The notes below the pieces were generated by a model. It did not search any database, was not told where the DNA came from, and saw only the letters and a program-made list of their open reading frames with translations. A program made the translations under genes and the position numbers. From Clostridiales bacterium (lineage in GTDB: Bacteria > Bacillota > Clostridia > Christensenellales > CAG-314), in the NCBI GenBank assembly GCA_022508345.1, contig JAFLVK010000002.1, positions 151,510-215,509 on the forward strand: a stretch of DNA of 64,000 nt, given 5' to 3'. Numbering within the stretch: position 1 is the stretch's first letter; every line of letters begins with the position of its first letter. Of this stretch, positions 18,589-28,348 are shown piece by piece.

Positions 18589-20766
18589 CTAAGTGCGCGG
18601 TACAATTTTGTACCCGTTGTGGGTGAGTAACCAGTAGGCATCGTCCATAAGTTGATAGTCGTACTTGATTACGTCCTTGTCCAATTCGCTTGCGTTGTCG
18701 CGCTTGGACACAAGCTTGCGAAATTCCACCAGCCCGTCAAATGTGGTCAGATTGCCGTGCCTGCGCAATTGGTAGCTTTTGCCGTTGGTGTACTTTTGCT
18801 CGCCGTCAACAACCGTTGTTTCGCCCACTATTTGCGCTATCGTTGCCGGTATCATGCCCTTGCTTATCATAAAGGAATTCCAACGGTAATGCTCAAGTAT
18901 TGCTAGGTTTTTGCGTAGCGACTCGGGGAAATGCAGGGTGTATTTGACTACCTTTTTGTCCAAGATGTCGCTACTTGTCATGTACTCCACAGCGTCGTTT
19001 GTAGCATAGCGCTTGAGATACTCCTCTTCGCTAAGCGCTTTGCGTTCGTCATTCACTTCGCAGTACTCTAAGCCTATCATGTTTAGCTTGGAGCGCAGGC
19101 TCAAACAGCCGTACAGGTTTGATTCGCGCTCGATTTGGTTTTTCTGTTGGAACCAATCTCTATTTGCCTGATATTTTGTGGTGAGATACAAATCTAAATC
19201 TAACGCTTTGCCGCTTGTTATCTGATATTCCAGTGCGTAAATTTCGTTGCGCATGTGAGCCATGCGGAATATCTTGTCGCGCACAATTTCGTCGATGTTG
19301 TATACGTCCGTTTTCTCGTCGCCGAAAACAAAGCAGTTTTCATCATTGAGTAAATGCTCGTCCTTTTTCCAGTCCTTTACGCGAACAAATATCACAAGGT
19401 TGGTAATACCCCACTCGCGACGTTTGGCAATCAGCTTCTGTGCCATGTCGATATTTTCCAAGTCCGACCCAAAGGCAATAATTGCGAAATTGACGTCCGC
19501 CTCACTTCTGCTGACCACACTGCGAATATTGTTGTAAAATTGCGTATCGTTTATATCCAGGTGATAGTACTGCTCGCTTGCGGGCAGCTCGGGCATGGGC
19601 AAGTAATCTTTTGCATTGACGTCGCCGCACTCGTTGCGCAAACGGTAGTAGCTGTGATTTAAATTCTTGTTGTTTTCGGCGGAAACTCTGTCAAAGATGT
19701 GGTACCTAACGGGCTTGAGCTGGGCGCCGTTACCGCCCTCGGTAATAAATTGATTGTTGGCAACGGACGTTAAGAAAATCTGTTGGTTAGTCTTGCCGAA
19801 GCCAATCATACACACGTTGATGTCCACGCCTGCCTTTACGCACGCCGTGCTGTAATCGATGTGGCGCTCGTCCATAAATTTCGTAAATGGGTAGCGGTCG
19901 ATAAAGCCTATTGCTACCTTTTGATATCTGTTTATGTAGCGGATACAGCCGTTGCTTCGCTCGACAATATCGTTGTAGATATCGGCATATTGCGGATTGC
20001 CGAATACGCAAATACGCAAGCGGTTGTACAAATCTCTGCGCTGCCCGTCCTCAATGGACTTAATTTGGTCGATAAACGCATTGCACAAGGATATGTTTTT
20101 GTCGTCGTTCTCGGTGTTGACAATCACCGTATGCACGACAGCCTTTTTGCTGACACTTGCAAGTATTTGCACGATTAGCGCATTGAAGTTTCTGCAACAG
20201 TTGTAGTAGATCTTGCGCACATACATTGCATAGCAATCGGCATCCGTAATGTTATCGGCAATCAACTTGCTGCACTGGCTGTCACTTTGGTAGATGTTAA
20301 CGCTGTTGGCGTTGTAGCCAAATATGTACAGCTTATCTTTCTTGGAAAAGCGTGCCTTGACAGTTTGCCTCCACTGCCAAAAACGCTGCCCAATAAGCGA
20401 TACAGTAAACATAAACGCATTTACCGCAACTAGCACAAAGCAGTAGTAAATGGTAATTTTGTAAAAGACGTTCGCCTGCATCAAGGCATCTATCGTTTCA
20501 ACGGAATACTTGAGCACAACAAGGTTTACAACCTGCCCAAACGTACTCATTGCAGCATTGACAACATTTGCCCCACTGTACAAATATCCCATGAAGTACA
20601 ACGGCAACGCCGATATAAATATTACGATACATTTTCCCTTTTTGAAGCTGCGTATGTATGCGATACGCTCCGCCCTGCCTTTAACAACAAGACTTACCGC
20701 GACGAAAACAACCTCCGCGGTAAGCAAGGCAAAACAAAGCGCAATAAATATGTCGTAAATTAACAT
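18589..20766 (-). CDS. Membrane protein with RCK/TrkA-N-like Rossmann domains and C-terminal RyR-repeat-like domain
   Basis: About three N-terminal TMs; YIFGY and MIGFGKT Rossmann-like starts; LAILEHYRWNSFM..RRHGNLTTFDGL..KDVIKYD matches the RyR-domain pattern. Confidence 0.6.
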   Translation of the reverse strand: MLIYDIFIALCFALLTAEVVFVAVSLVVKGRAERIAYIRSFKKGKCIVIFISALPLYFMGYLYSGANVVNAAMSTFGQVVNLVVLKYSVETIDALMQANVFYKITIYYCFVLVAVNAFMFTVSLIGQRFWQWRQTVKARFSKKDKLYIFGYNANSVNIYQSDSQCSKLIADNITDADCYAMYVRKIYYNCCRNFNALIVQILASVSKKAVVHTVIVNTENDDKNISLCNAFIDQIKSIEDGQRRDLYNRLRICVFGNPQYADIYNDIVERSNGCIRYINRYQKVAIGFIDRYPFTKFMDERHIDYSTACVKAGVDINVCMIGFGKTNQQIFLTSVANNQFITEGGNGAQLKPVRYHIFDRVSAENNKNLNHSYYRLRNECGDVNAKDYLPMPELPASEQYYHLDINDTQFYNNIRSVVSRSEADVNFAIIAFGSDLENIDMAQKLIAKRREWGITNLVIFVRVKDWKKDEHLLNDENCFVFGDEKTDVYNIDEIVRDKIFRMAHMRNEIYALEYQITSGKALDLDLYLTTKYQANRDWFQQKNQIERESNLYGCLSLRSKLNMIGLEYCEVNDERKALSEEEYLKRYATNDAVEYMTSSDILDKKVVKYTLHFPESLRKNLAILEHYRWNSFMISKGMIPATIAQIVGETTVVDGEQKYTNGKSYQLRRHGNLTTFDGLVEFRKLVSKRDNASELDKDVIKYDYQLMDDAYWLLTHNGYKIVPRT

Positions 20767-20781
20767 ATATTTCTCCCGAAA

Positions 20782-21684
20782 TTATCCTAAGTATCTATCT
20801 AACCATTCCACCACGTCGTCGTAAACCTGCTGCTTGCAACGCTCGTTGAGTATTTCGTGACGTGCGCCGTCGTACAAATGCAGCGTGACGTCCTTTGAAC
20901 CCACCTTGTCGCAATAGAACTTGTGCAGCTTCTTTACGCCCTTTCCGTAGCTGCCTACAGGGTCGTCGCCGCCTGCAATAAGCAGCAATGGCTTGTCCGT
21001 ATCTATCTGTGAGTAAAATTCGTTTCTGTACAGGTTCCTGATTCCGTTCATGAAGCTGCGGTAAAAGTTAGCCGAGCAAACAAAGCCGGACATTTCGTCG
21101 TCGTTGTACTTTTTCACTTCCGCCTCTTCACGGTTGAGCCAAGCATTTTCACCGGGGAACTTCTTTTCGTACATCTTGAAGGACAGGTTTACAATTAGCT
21201 GTGCGGGGTATCTGCCACCCTTGTGCCTGCACATACTGCTGGCAATCACGCGGCACAGGCTGAAGCTTGCGCCCTTCATGAAGTTGGAACCGCATACGAT
21301 AAAGCCGGCAACATCAGGATGCTCCTCTATCACCGCCTGGGTGATGAAGCTACCGTAGCTGTGCCCCATCATGAACAGGGGCAAATGCCACTTCTCACGG
21401 CAGTAGTCCAGTATTGCAAGCTGGTCCTTGACGTTGTTCGTCCACATGTCTCCTTCTTCGTAGCCAAGGCTGTCCTTGGCAGCGGTGAGGCCGTGTCCGC
21501 GGTGATCGTTCATTACTACAATGTAGCCGCGCGAATTGAGATACTGCGCAAAGTCGTCATATCTAGCGGAGTGCTCTGCCATGCCGTGAGCAATCTTTAC
21601 AACTGCCTTGGGCTTGGTGACGTTGTCCCAAACGTAAAGCTGTACTTCTCTGCCATCGTGAGACGTGAAACGGGATAAATTCAT
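20782..21684 (-). CDS. Alpha/beta hydrolase (lysophospholipase/monoacylglycerol lipase-like)
   Basis: AHGMAEH, DHRGHG, GHSYG and ARHEILNE motifs. Confidence 0.9.
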   Translation of the reverse strand: MNLSRFTSHDGREVQLYVWDNVTKPKAVVKIAHGMAEHSARYDDFAQYLNSRGYIVVMNDHRGHGLTAAKDSLGYEEGDMWTNNVKDQLAILDYCREKWHLPLFMMGHSYGSFITQAVIEEHPDVAGFIVCGSNFMKGASFSLCRVIASSMCRHKGGRYPAQLIVNLSFKMYEKKFPGENAWLNREEAEVKKYNDDEMSGFVCSANFYRSFMNGIRNLYRNEFYSQIDTDKPLLLIAGGDDPVGSYGKGVKKLHKFYCDKVGSKDVTLHLYDGARHEILNERCKQQVYDDVVEWLDRYLG

Positions 21685-21813
21685 AGTTGCACCACCTTGT
21701 ATAAAGTTAGTTTAATTGTACGATATAAGCGTCCAAAAGTCAAGAGCCGATATTGGCAAGCGCGAATGTTATTCGCCATAATATTATGTAGCCAAACTAC
21801 ATACAATATGTCT

Positions 21814-22836
21814 ATGAAGATAGTATTTAGCGGAGGCGGCACGGCAGGTCACGTCACGCCCAATTTAGCGCTCATCGAGCAACTTTCAACGGAAGAAATC
21901 TACTACATCGGCACCAACGGAATGGAAAAGGAACTGACCGCATCTTATGTGGAAAAGGGAAAGATAAAAGAGTATCGCGAGATATCCGCGCACAAGCTGC
22001 AACGCAAGCTTACGCTCAGCAATCTTGCGCTACCCTTCAGGCTGGTAAGGAGCGTACGCGAAGCAAAAAAGCAGCTTCGTGAAATTCGCCCCGACGTAAT
22101 TTTCAGCAAGGGCGGTTACGTTGGGCTGCCCGTAATTATTGCAGGCAAACAACTCAAGATTCCCACTGTCATTCACGAAAGCGACATGTCGCTTGGCTTG
22201 GCAAACAAGATATGTGCACACTTTGCCAACGACTTTTTGGCAGCATTTCCTTGCGACAAACGCGCAAATGTTGTGGGGCTGATAATCCGCGACGAGATAC
22301 TGCACGGCGACAAGCAAAAAGGACTGCACACAATGGGGTTTGACGGAAGCAAGCCCGTTCTGCTTGTTACAGGGGGAAGCCTGGGCGCAAAGGCGCTAAA
22401 CGACGCCATCTGCAATTGCCCACAGTTAGCCGACCGCTTTGATATTTTCGTCATCACAGGCAAAAACAAACGCATAGACTGCGAATTTGTAAAACAGACG
22501 GAATTTGTTACCAACATGAACGATTTGTACGCGGCAACGGACGTATGTCTTACGCGGGCAGGCTCCAATACGCTTGCGGAGCTGACGTTAGCGGAGGTTC
22601 CCTTTGTAACAGTACCCCTCACAAAGCAATCGCGCGGGGAACAGGTCAAGAATGCGCAATGGTTTGCAGAAAGAGGTTGCGGCTTGAAGCTATCGGAAGA
22701 AAACCTTGCCGAAAAATTGCCAAAGGCAATCAACACCGCATACGACAACCGCACTGCTATCCAAACCAAACAGCGCGCGCAAAAAGCGCTTTACGGCACA
22801 GACAAAACAGTAGCGGAAATTTTGAAATACAAATAA
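21814..22836 (+). CDS. murG: Undecaprenyl-PP-MurNAc-pentapeptide GlcNAc transferase
   Basis: GGGTAGHVTP, KGGYVG, HESD, GGSLGA and QVKNA motifs; start could be 21808 or 21814. Confidence 0.93.
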   Translation: MKIVFSGGGTAGHVTPNLALIEQLSTEEIYYIGTNGMEKELTASYVEKGKIKEYREISAHKLQRKLTLSNLALPFRLVRSVREAKKQLREIRPDVIFSKGGYVGLPVIIAGKQLKIPTVIHESDMSLGLANKICAHFANDFLAAFPCDKRANVVGLIIRDEILHGDKQKGLHTMGFDGSKPVLLVTGGSLGAKALNDAICNCPQLADRFDIFVITGKNKRIDCEFVKQTEFVTNMNDLYAATDVCLTRAGSNTLAELTLAEVPFVTVPLTKQSRGEQVKNAQWFAERGCGLKLSEENLAEKLPKAINTAYDNRTAIQTKQRAQKALYGTDKTVAEILKYK

Positions 22837-22837
22837 A

Positions 22838-23755
22838 CTACTCTTCTCTGTTTACGCTTTGTATGCTTTTGCAGCGTTCAATAACGGCAAGGCGCAAACG
22901 CTGGGGCTTTTCCACGCGAACGCCGTCGCCAAGGGAGAGAATGCGGTTGACAAGAATTTCGTCATACGGTAGGGTTGCGCGCGCAAGGTAGTTTTCCCCC
23001 ATCTTGACAACGGAGTTGATACCCAACCACTCTTCACAGGCGGAAAGCGCACTGTTTTCCACCGTGAGTATCACCTCGCACATTTCCTTGCCCTTCAGTA
23101 CGTCCGTTTTGATTACACTACTGTCCGCCTGGAACTGTCTACCGCTAAAGCGTTCACCTATATCCAGCTTGACAATGCGGGACACCTTGAAATATCTGAA
23201 GCCCTTTCTAAGCCGGCAAAAGCTGTACACGTACCAAGCGCCATCCTTCAAAATGAGGCAGTACGGCTCAATGACACGTACGCTATCGGCGCCGTCCTTG
23301 GAGTGGTACTCAATGTGGCACAGCTTTTTTTGCGCTATGCAGTCGGAAATAAGGCTGACCATGTCTCCCACTGCCGTATCGCCGCCGTCCACAATGAACT
23401 GCTCGCTTTTCAACACTGTTGCATTGCTGTGCGAACGGTACAGCCCTTTCAGCTTTTGTGTGGCTTGGCGCGTGACGTCGTCCTGTATTGAATTACTTTG
23501 CAGGCTAAACACAAGGCGCTCGTACTCCTCCTGCGTGAAGTAGGTAGCTTTTAGCTTGTAGTTTTCCACTATCCGCCAACCGCCACCGCGACCAAGGCAG
23601 CTTTCGATTGGCACACCGCCCTCCGACAGCATCGCCATGTACCTGTACACGGAGCGAACGGAAATTTCGTATTTTTGCGCAAGCTCTTCGGCGCGGACAA
23701 GATTGTCGGCAGAAAGCAACGTGGACAACATACCTACAAGAATGGGAATTTGCAT
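22838..23755 (-). CDS. YafY-family HTH-WYL-WCX transcriptional regulator
   Basis: AEELAQKYEISVRSVYR..GRGGGW HTH; RVIEPYCL..WYVYSFCRLRKGFRYFKVSRI WYL domain. Confidence 0.92.
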   Translation of the reverse strand: MQIPILVGMLSTLLSADNLVRAEELAQKYEISVRSVYRYMAMLSEGGVPIESCLGRGGGWRIVENYKLKATYFTQEEYERLVFSLQSNSIQDDVTRQATQKLKGLYRSHSNATVLKSEQFIVDGGDTAVGDMVSLISDCIAQKKLCHIEYHSKDGADSVRVIEPYCLILKDGAWYVYSFCRLRKGFRYFKVSRIVKLDIGERFSGRQFQADSSVIKTDVLKGKEMCEVILTVENSALSACEEWLGINSVVKMGENYLARATLPYDEILVNRILSLGDGVRVEKPQRLRLAVIERCKSIQSVNREE

Positions 23756-23800
23756 TTACTACACCTTCCAATATATTTTGGTAAATTTATTGTAAAACAC

Positions 23801-23893
23801 TGACATAATATTGTCAAGTTAATGCTAAAAAATATCGAAAAAAGTTATAATAACTGACATATAGTTGGCATATTTAGTGTGCTACAATATAAT
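23801..23893. promoter_or_regulatory. Two putative WYL-regulator boxes and divergent promoter
   Basis: TGACA-TAATAT-TGTCA (23801-23816); TGACA-TATAGT-TGGCA (23855-23870); TGcTACAAT/TATAAT at 23880-23893. Confidence 0.7.
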
Positions 23894-23922
23894 CACAAAA
23901 ACAAGAAAAGGAGTAAAGAACC

Positions 23923-24096
23923 GTGAAATACAACTGCGAAAAGGAATTTGATTTGAAAGAGATATATCGCAAGCTGACAAGCTCCACAGCTCCGCAAATG
24001 GTAAAAGCAAGCAATTTCTTTGCTCCCGTTACCTTTGAACAATTTCAAGAACAAATGGAGCTTGCCATGCTCAAGCGCAAGCAAACCACAAATTAA
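23923..24096 (+). CDS. 57-aa hypothetical protein divergent from the WYL gene (below the ORF-track cutoff)
   Basis: AAGGAG RBS and GTG start: MKYNCEKEFDLKEIYRKLTSSTAPQMVKASNFFAPVTFEQFQEQMELAMLKRKQTTN; followed by the hairpin ACCCCCT/AGGGGGT. Confidence 0.7.
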   Translation: MKYNCEKEFDLKEIYRKLTSSTAPQMVKASNFFAPVTFEQFQEQMELAMLKRKQTTN

Positions 24097-24194
24097 ACAT
24101 TTCTCCATTCGGTAGACAGCAGAAAACCCCCTTTACACGAGGGGGTACGCATTTTTAAACAAGGATAATATTTAAATATATAAGGAAATATTCC

Positions 24195-24222
24195 GTATTG
24201 CGAAGCTTATCACCGCCTCAAA
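24195..24222. repeat. Family A repeat, right-end remnant
   Basis: GTATTGCGAAGCTTATCACCGCCTCAAA, 26/28 identical to 13758-13785. Confidence 0.7.
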
Positions 24223-25308
24223 TTATTTTTTCTTAATTCCGTTGCCCCCATTCAGCACCCCCGATTCGAAGGTATATACACGCTGTTGAAGTTCACGGTA
24301 ATCGGCAATTGCCTGTTCCACAAGCGCTTCGCCGTATTGAGTGCGCGAGTAGCTTGCTTCCCACAGCCCGTAAGCTAACGAGCCGGGGGTTGTGTTTATT
24401 TCATTTACGTACAGCTTGCCCGTAGTTTTGTCGTACAGATAGTCCACGCGTATCACCCCACCGAAATTGAGCTTTGTGTAAATTTCCGAAGTCAACCGCT
24501 TCACTTCCTGAATGATCTTGTCCTCTACCGTTATTTTCTCCCGTTCGTACGCTTCGTTTGCTATGTATTTGTCGGCAAAGGTCAACACGTCGTGTATAGT
24601 TACGGGGCAATCAACTATGCTTGTGTGAACACCGCCTTGGGTCTTGAATGCTGCACAGTTAAGTTCGAAAAAGTCCGTCAGCGCCTCTTCACACAGCACC
24701 TTGCTGTCGTAGCGCAATGCGTGTTGTAACGCTTGCTGCAGTTCGTTCACATCGTGCGCAACTTCAACGCCAATGCTCGAGCCCAACATTGAGGGCTTGA
24801 CGATAATGGGAAAACCAATACCACCGCAATCCTTCATAAATTCCGACACGGAGTCCTTGGTCACCTCTACGCCGTATACGACAGGCATGTTGATATCCTT
24901 GAGCACCCTCTTGGTCAGCACCTTGTCCATTGCAATTGCGCTGGAGGTAATGTCCGAGCCCACAAGCGGAATACACGCCATTTGGCATAACGCAGCTATG
25001 CAGCCGTCCTCACCGCTCATGCCGTGGCAACAGTTGACGGCAACGTCGATAGCAACTTGCTCCACCGAGAACCTGCCTTTGCGGATGGCAATTTTCCCTT
25101 CGCCCAACAAAAAAGTAACTTTCTTTGTCAGCTTTTTCGTGATATGGTCGCGTGGTGTCCAGTCGTTGCCTGCAAGGTATGCGCAGTTGTTTTTGTCAAG
25201 GTAAACGCTGTAAATGTTGCCCTTGAAGTATCCCTTGGCAAGACATGCGGTAATGATGGAAATGTCATGCTCACAGCTTCTGCCACCGTAGACAATCAAA
25301 ATATTCAT
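24223..25308 (-). CDS. ddl: D-alanine--D-alanine ligase family
   Basis: YGGRSCEHDIS, HGMSGEDG, GSSIGV and NEINTTPG motifs. Confidence 0.88.
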   Translation of the reverse strand: MNILIVYGGRSCEHDISIITACLAKGYFKGNIYSVYLDKNNCAYLAGNDWTPRDHITKKLTKKVTFLLGEGKIAIRKGRFSVEQVAIDVAVNCCHGMSGEDGCIAALCQMACIPLVGSDITSSAIAMDKVLTKRVLKDINMPVVYGVEVTKDSVSEFMKDCGGIGFPIIVKPSMLGSSIGVEVAHDVNELQQALQHALRYDSKVLCEEALTDFFELNCAAFKTQGGVHTSIVDCPVTIHDVLTFADKYIANEAYEREKITVEDKIIQEVKRLTSEIYTKLNFGGVIRVDYLYDKTTGKLYVNEINTTPGSLAYGLWEASYSRTQYGEALVEQAIADYRELQQRVYTFESGVLNGGNGIKKK

Positions 25309-25319
25309 TTATTCACTCC

Positions 25320-26786
25320 TTATATGTTCACAGTATCAGGCAGGTCGTTTTGGAATAGCAGTATTCCACCGTTAACATGTTGTGTTGCAAGCGACACCGC
25401 CTGTTTGAGGTCCTTTGCGTAAATCACCGTGCACGAGGTGTGTTTCAGCCCCTCTGCTAAGCTCTTGGCGTTGCGCCCCAACACCACGGCAACACTGCAC
25501 ACACTGCCCAGCAGCTTGCCACACTGCACGTTCATTGCTTGGCGCTCTTTGCCGCACTCTACCAAGCCTTGCGTAATGACCACCTTGCAGCAGCTAAATT
25601 GCGCAAGCGTTTTGGTGCAGCTTGTTACGCCCACGATACTGCCGTTATAGCTGTCGTCCAGTATGTAACAGTTTGCGCCCTTTACAAGCTCCATGCGGTG
25701 TGGCGTTTGCTTGACGCGCGACACACATGCCAGGGTATCTTTCAGGCTTTGATTAAGCCGCAACACCGTTTGCAAGCACATTGCAAATGTGTCCCTTACG
25801 TAATCGGATATCTGGGGCAGCGTGACATCTGCTATTTCGTTTTCAATTTTTACTTCAAGGTGCGTTCCCTGCAAATCGACACTTGATACAGCAATCTGCA
25901 AGCCGTCATAGGACAGATATTTAGCGCAACTGCCCGCAGCGACATACTTTGACACAATTTCGTCCGCGCCGTTAAGCACACAAAAGCCATCGGCAGGAAT
26001 ATGCTCCACCAGCTCGCGTTTTGTCGCGACAATGATATCCAAGCTTTTGAATGTGGACAGATGCTGCGCGCACACGCCTGTAACAATTCCGTATTGAGGT
26101 TTGTACAGCTTGCACAGTTGAGCAATGTCACCGCGCCTACGCGCTCCAAATTCCAGTATTAGATATTTAGCTGTTGTCAAGTCCGTCCTGTTGATATAGG
26201 CGGCTATCCCAAGCGGAGTGTTGCAACTGCCTGTAGGCGTAATGCTGTCCATTAGCAAAGCTGACAGCATATCCTTGACGGAGGTTTTGCCGTAGCTACC
26301 CGTGATAGCAACAACTGTTACACCGCTTTTACACAGCTTGTCGCATGCAAGCTTCAGGTAATGTCGAGCAACTGCGGCATCAATCGGCAAACATATCACC
26401 CAGGACACAAGCGTAAACATGGGTATCAACCACACGAAAAAGCTACTGTCCAGCAACACGCACAGCGCAATCAGGACGACCGCTTCCACAGCCAACATTC
26501 GCCAAATGCGCTTGGTAAGCTTGAGCGGACACTTGCGCTTTACCACGCAAACAGCTACTGCCAACACAGCATACAGCGCAAGGTTTATGTAGTAGTAACA
26601 ATCCACATAAACATACAACAGTGTTGCAGCCAACTGTACCGCTACAAGCAACAGAAAGTACACGGACTTGTATATTTTGAAATATCCGCGCTGAGGACGG
26701 TAGCTTGCCGATTGCAACACCCTGAAACACTCGACGGACATCACTGTCAGGCACAGCGCAGAAATAACATCAACTGCTATTTGCAA
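25320..26786 (-). CDS. murF: MurF-like Mur ligase with N-terminal membrane domain
   Basis: ITGSYGKTSVK, NTPLG, DDSYN and LFQNDLPD motifs; hydrophobic N-terminus. Confidence 0.8.
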   Translation of the reverse strand: MQIAVDVISALCLTVMSVECFRVLQSASYRPQRGYFKIYKSVYFLLLVAVQLAATLLYVYVDCYYYINLALYAVLAVAVCVVKRKCPLKLTKRIWRMLAVEAVVLIALCVLLDSSFFVWLIPMFTLVSWVICLPIDAAVARHYLKLACDKLCKSGVTVVAITGSYGKTSVKDMLSALLMDSITPTGSCNTPLGIAAYINRTDLTTAKYLILEFGARRRGDIAQLCKLYKPQYGIVTGVCAQHLSTFKSLDIIVATKRELVEHIPADGFCVLNGADEIVSKYVAAGSCAKYLSYDGLQIAVSSVDLQGTHLEVKIENEIADVTLPQISDYVRDTFAMCLQTVLRLNQSLKDTLACVSRVKQTPHRMELVKGANCYILDDSYNGSIVGVTSCTKTLAQFSCCKVVITQGLVECGKERQAMNVQCGKLLGSVCSVAVVLGRNAKSLAEGLKHTSCTVIYAKDLKQAVSLATQHVNGGILLFQNDLPDTVNI

Positions 26787-26790
26787 AATG

Positions 26791-27489
26791 CTACTCCACG
26801 AAATTTTTTACAGTATTGGCAAAGGCAACAGGCGCACGGAAAAACGCGAAGTGATCCCCATCAATTGGAACAAGGCTACTGTTTTTAATGAGCTTGTTTA
26901 GCCGCTTTGCATGTGTCAGTGGCGTTGCCGTGTCCTCTCGCCCGTTGACGATAAGTACAGGGCACCTAACACGCTTGGCGTAGCATGACAAATCGGCATT
27001 TATCACCTTGACAAATGTGGCACGCATCGAGGCAGAACAGCTGGCGTAATCAACGCTTGCGTACTTGGCGACGGGCTCGGTTTTTCTCAGCTTGGCAAGC
27101 AGCTTTGACATCTTGTACAATCTCACCTTCCACCACCGCGAAAGAGAAAATTTTCTAAGTCCGGCAGGCGAAACTAACAGCATTCGGGATACCATCTCGG
27201 GGTGCTCTGCGGCAAGCACCAATGCAACACGACCTCCGAAGCTGTGCCCCACAAGGGTTACCCGTGTCAAATTGTGCTCCAATAAAAATTCTCTTAGCTT
27301 TGCTGCGTAATCCTCCACCGTAAAGCCTGCTGCGGGTGGCTGCTCACTTTTACCAAAGCCTGCAAAGTCCACCATGTAATTGGAGTAATTGGGAAGCTGC
27401 TTAACTACAGGTAAAAAGATACTTCCGTCACATCCCCATCCGTGCAAATACACTACGGGCTCGCCCTCTCCAAATTGCTCGAAATACAT
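26791..27489 (-). CDS. Alpha/beta hydrolase
   Basis: LHGWG, GHSFGG and GDHFAF motifs. Confidence 0.88.
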   Translation of the reverse strand: MYFEQFGEGEPVVYLHGWGCDGSIFLPVVKQLPNYSNYMVDFAGFGKSEQPPAAGFTVEDYAAKLREFLLEHNLTRVTLVGHSFGGRVALVLAAEHPEMVSRMLLVSPAGLRKFSLSRWWKVRLYKMSKLLAKLRKTEPVAKYASVDYASCSASMRATFVKVINADLSCYAKRVRCPVLIVNGREDTATPLTHAKRLNKLIKNSSLVPIDGDHFAFFRAPVAFANTVKNFVE

Positions 27490-27729
27490 AAATCGCCCAA
27501 ACCTCTTGCACTTGATATTGTATGAACAGAAACGCGCAATTGTGATGTTCTTCGACAATAATTTACAAATAATTTATTTGAAGATTGCACTTTACGCATA
27601 CAGTAAAAAAATGTGACCAAACAAAAAAATAAAGAAAACGCTCTATTTTAGAGCGTTTTTACATGAAAAATGAATATTATGTCTGTAATAGTAATCGATT
27701 ATACAGTATATTTGTGACTAATTTGACAT

Positions 27730-28200
27730 TTACTCGTTTGACAGAAGCGTTTTCACCATCGTGTAGGCATCGCGTGACGAGTACCTAGTGCGTCGGTAAA
27801 AGTTAACGCGTGTACCTTCAATTTCGTAACCGTTCTTTTTGTACATTTCAATAGCAGGCGTGTTGGCGACGTTTACCTCCAGCTCGCAGCGTTCGCAATC
27901 ACTGTTTTTTGCAAGCTCGGCAACAGCTTCAAGCAGCCTTGTAGCAATGCCCTGCCTGCGATAGTCGGGCAACACTGCAATATTGCATATCTGCGCTTCT
28001 TCATACATCGTACGCACGCAAGCATATCCAACAATTTTGCCGTCCACTACTTCACCAAAAATGTGGGAGTAGTCATTGTGAAACTCTCCGACAATATTAT
28101 TTATCGTCCAGGCATCCTTGCCGAAACATACCTTTTCGATGTTGTGCAACTGAAATACAATAGGCATACTAAACTCTAGCTTTTTAATCAATTGAACCAA
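27730..28200 (-). CDS. rimI: Ribosomal-protein alanine N-acetyltransferase (GNAT)
   Basis: NIAVLPDYRRQGIA, LEVNVAN and NFY motifs; follows tsaE-tsaB; AGGAGG RBS with TTG start. Confidence 0.85.
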   Translation of the reverse strand: MVQLIKKLEFSMPIVFQLHNIEKVCFGKDAWTINNIVGEFHNDYSHIFGEVVDGKIVGYACVRTMYEEAQICNIAVLPDYRRQGIATRLLEAVAELAKNSDCERCELEVNVANTPAIEMYKKNGYEIEGTRVNFYRRTRYSSRDAYTMVKTLLSNE

Positions 28201-28220
28201 CTTCCTCCTATAACAAATTG

Positions 28221-28348
28221 TTTGAAAGTGCAGATGCGTGGTAGGTGGGCAACTGGTGGCAGTTGTCCGAAGGGAACGTACTTAAGCGTACGTGACTAAG
28301 GCAATCTGACGCACGTAGCCCGCATTACACGATGGCTGTGCTTTCAAA
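28221..28348. repeat. ERIC-like hairpin repeat, family A copy 3 (128 bp, overlaps the tsaB 3' end)
   Basis: Termini TTTGAAAGTGCAG / CTGTGCTTTCAAA; core GGAACGTAC-TTAAGC-GTACGTGAC. Confidence 0.6.

Noticed and set aside
18327-18626. 99-aa ORF in the AT-rich spacer
   Set aside because: Low-complexity I/Y/F composition; it crosses a terminator and overlaps a gene end.
23893-24108. 71-aa minus-strand ORF in the ORF track
   Set aside because: The plus-strand 57-aa ORF has a promoter, RBS and terminator; this one has none.
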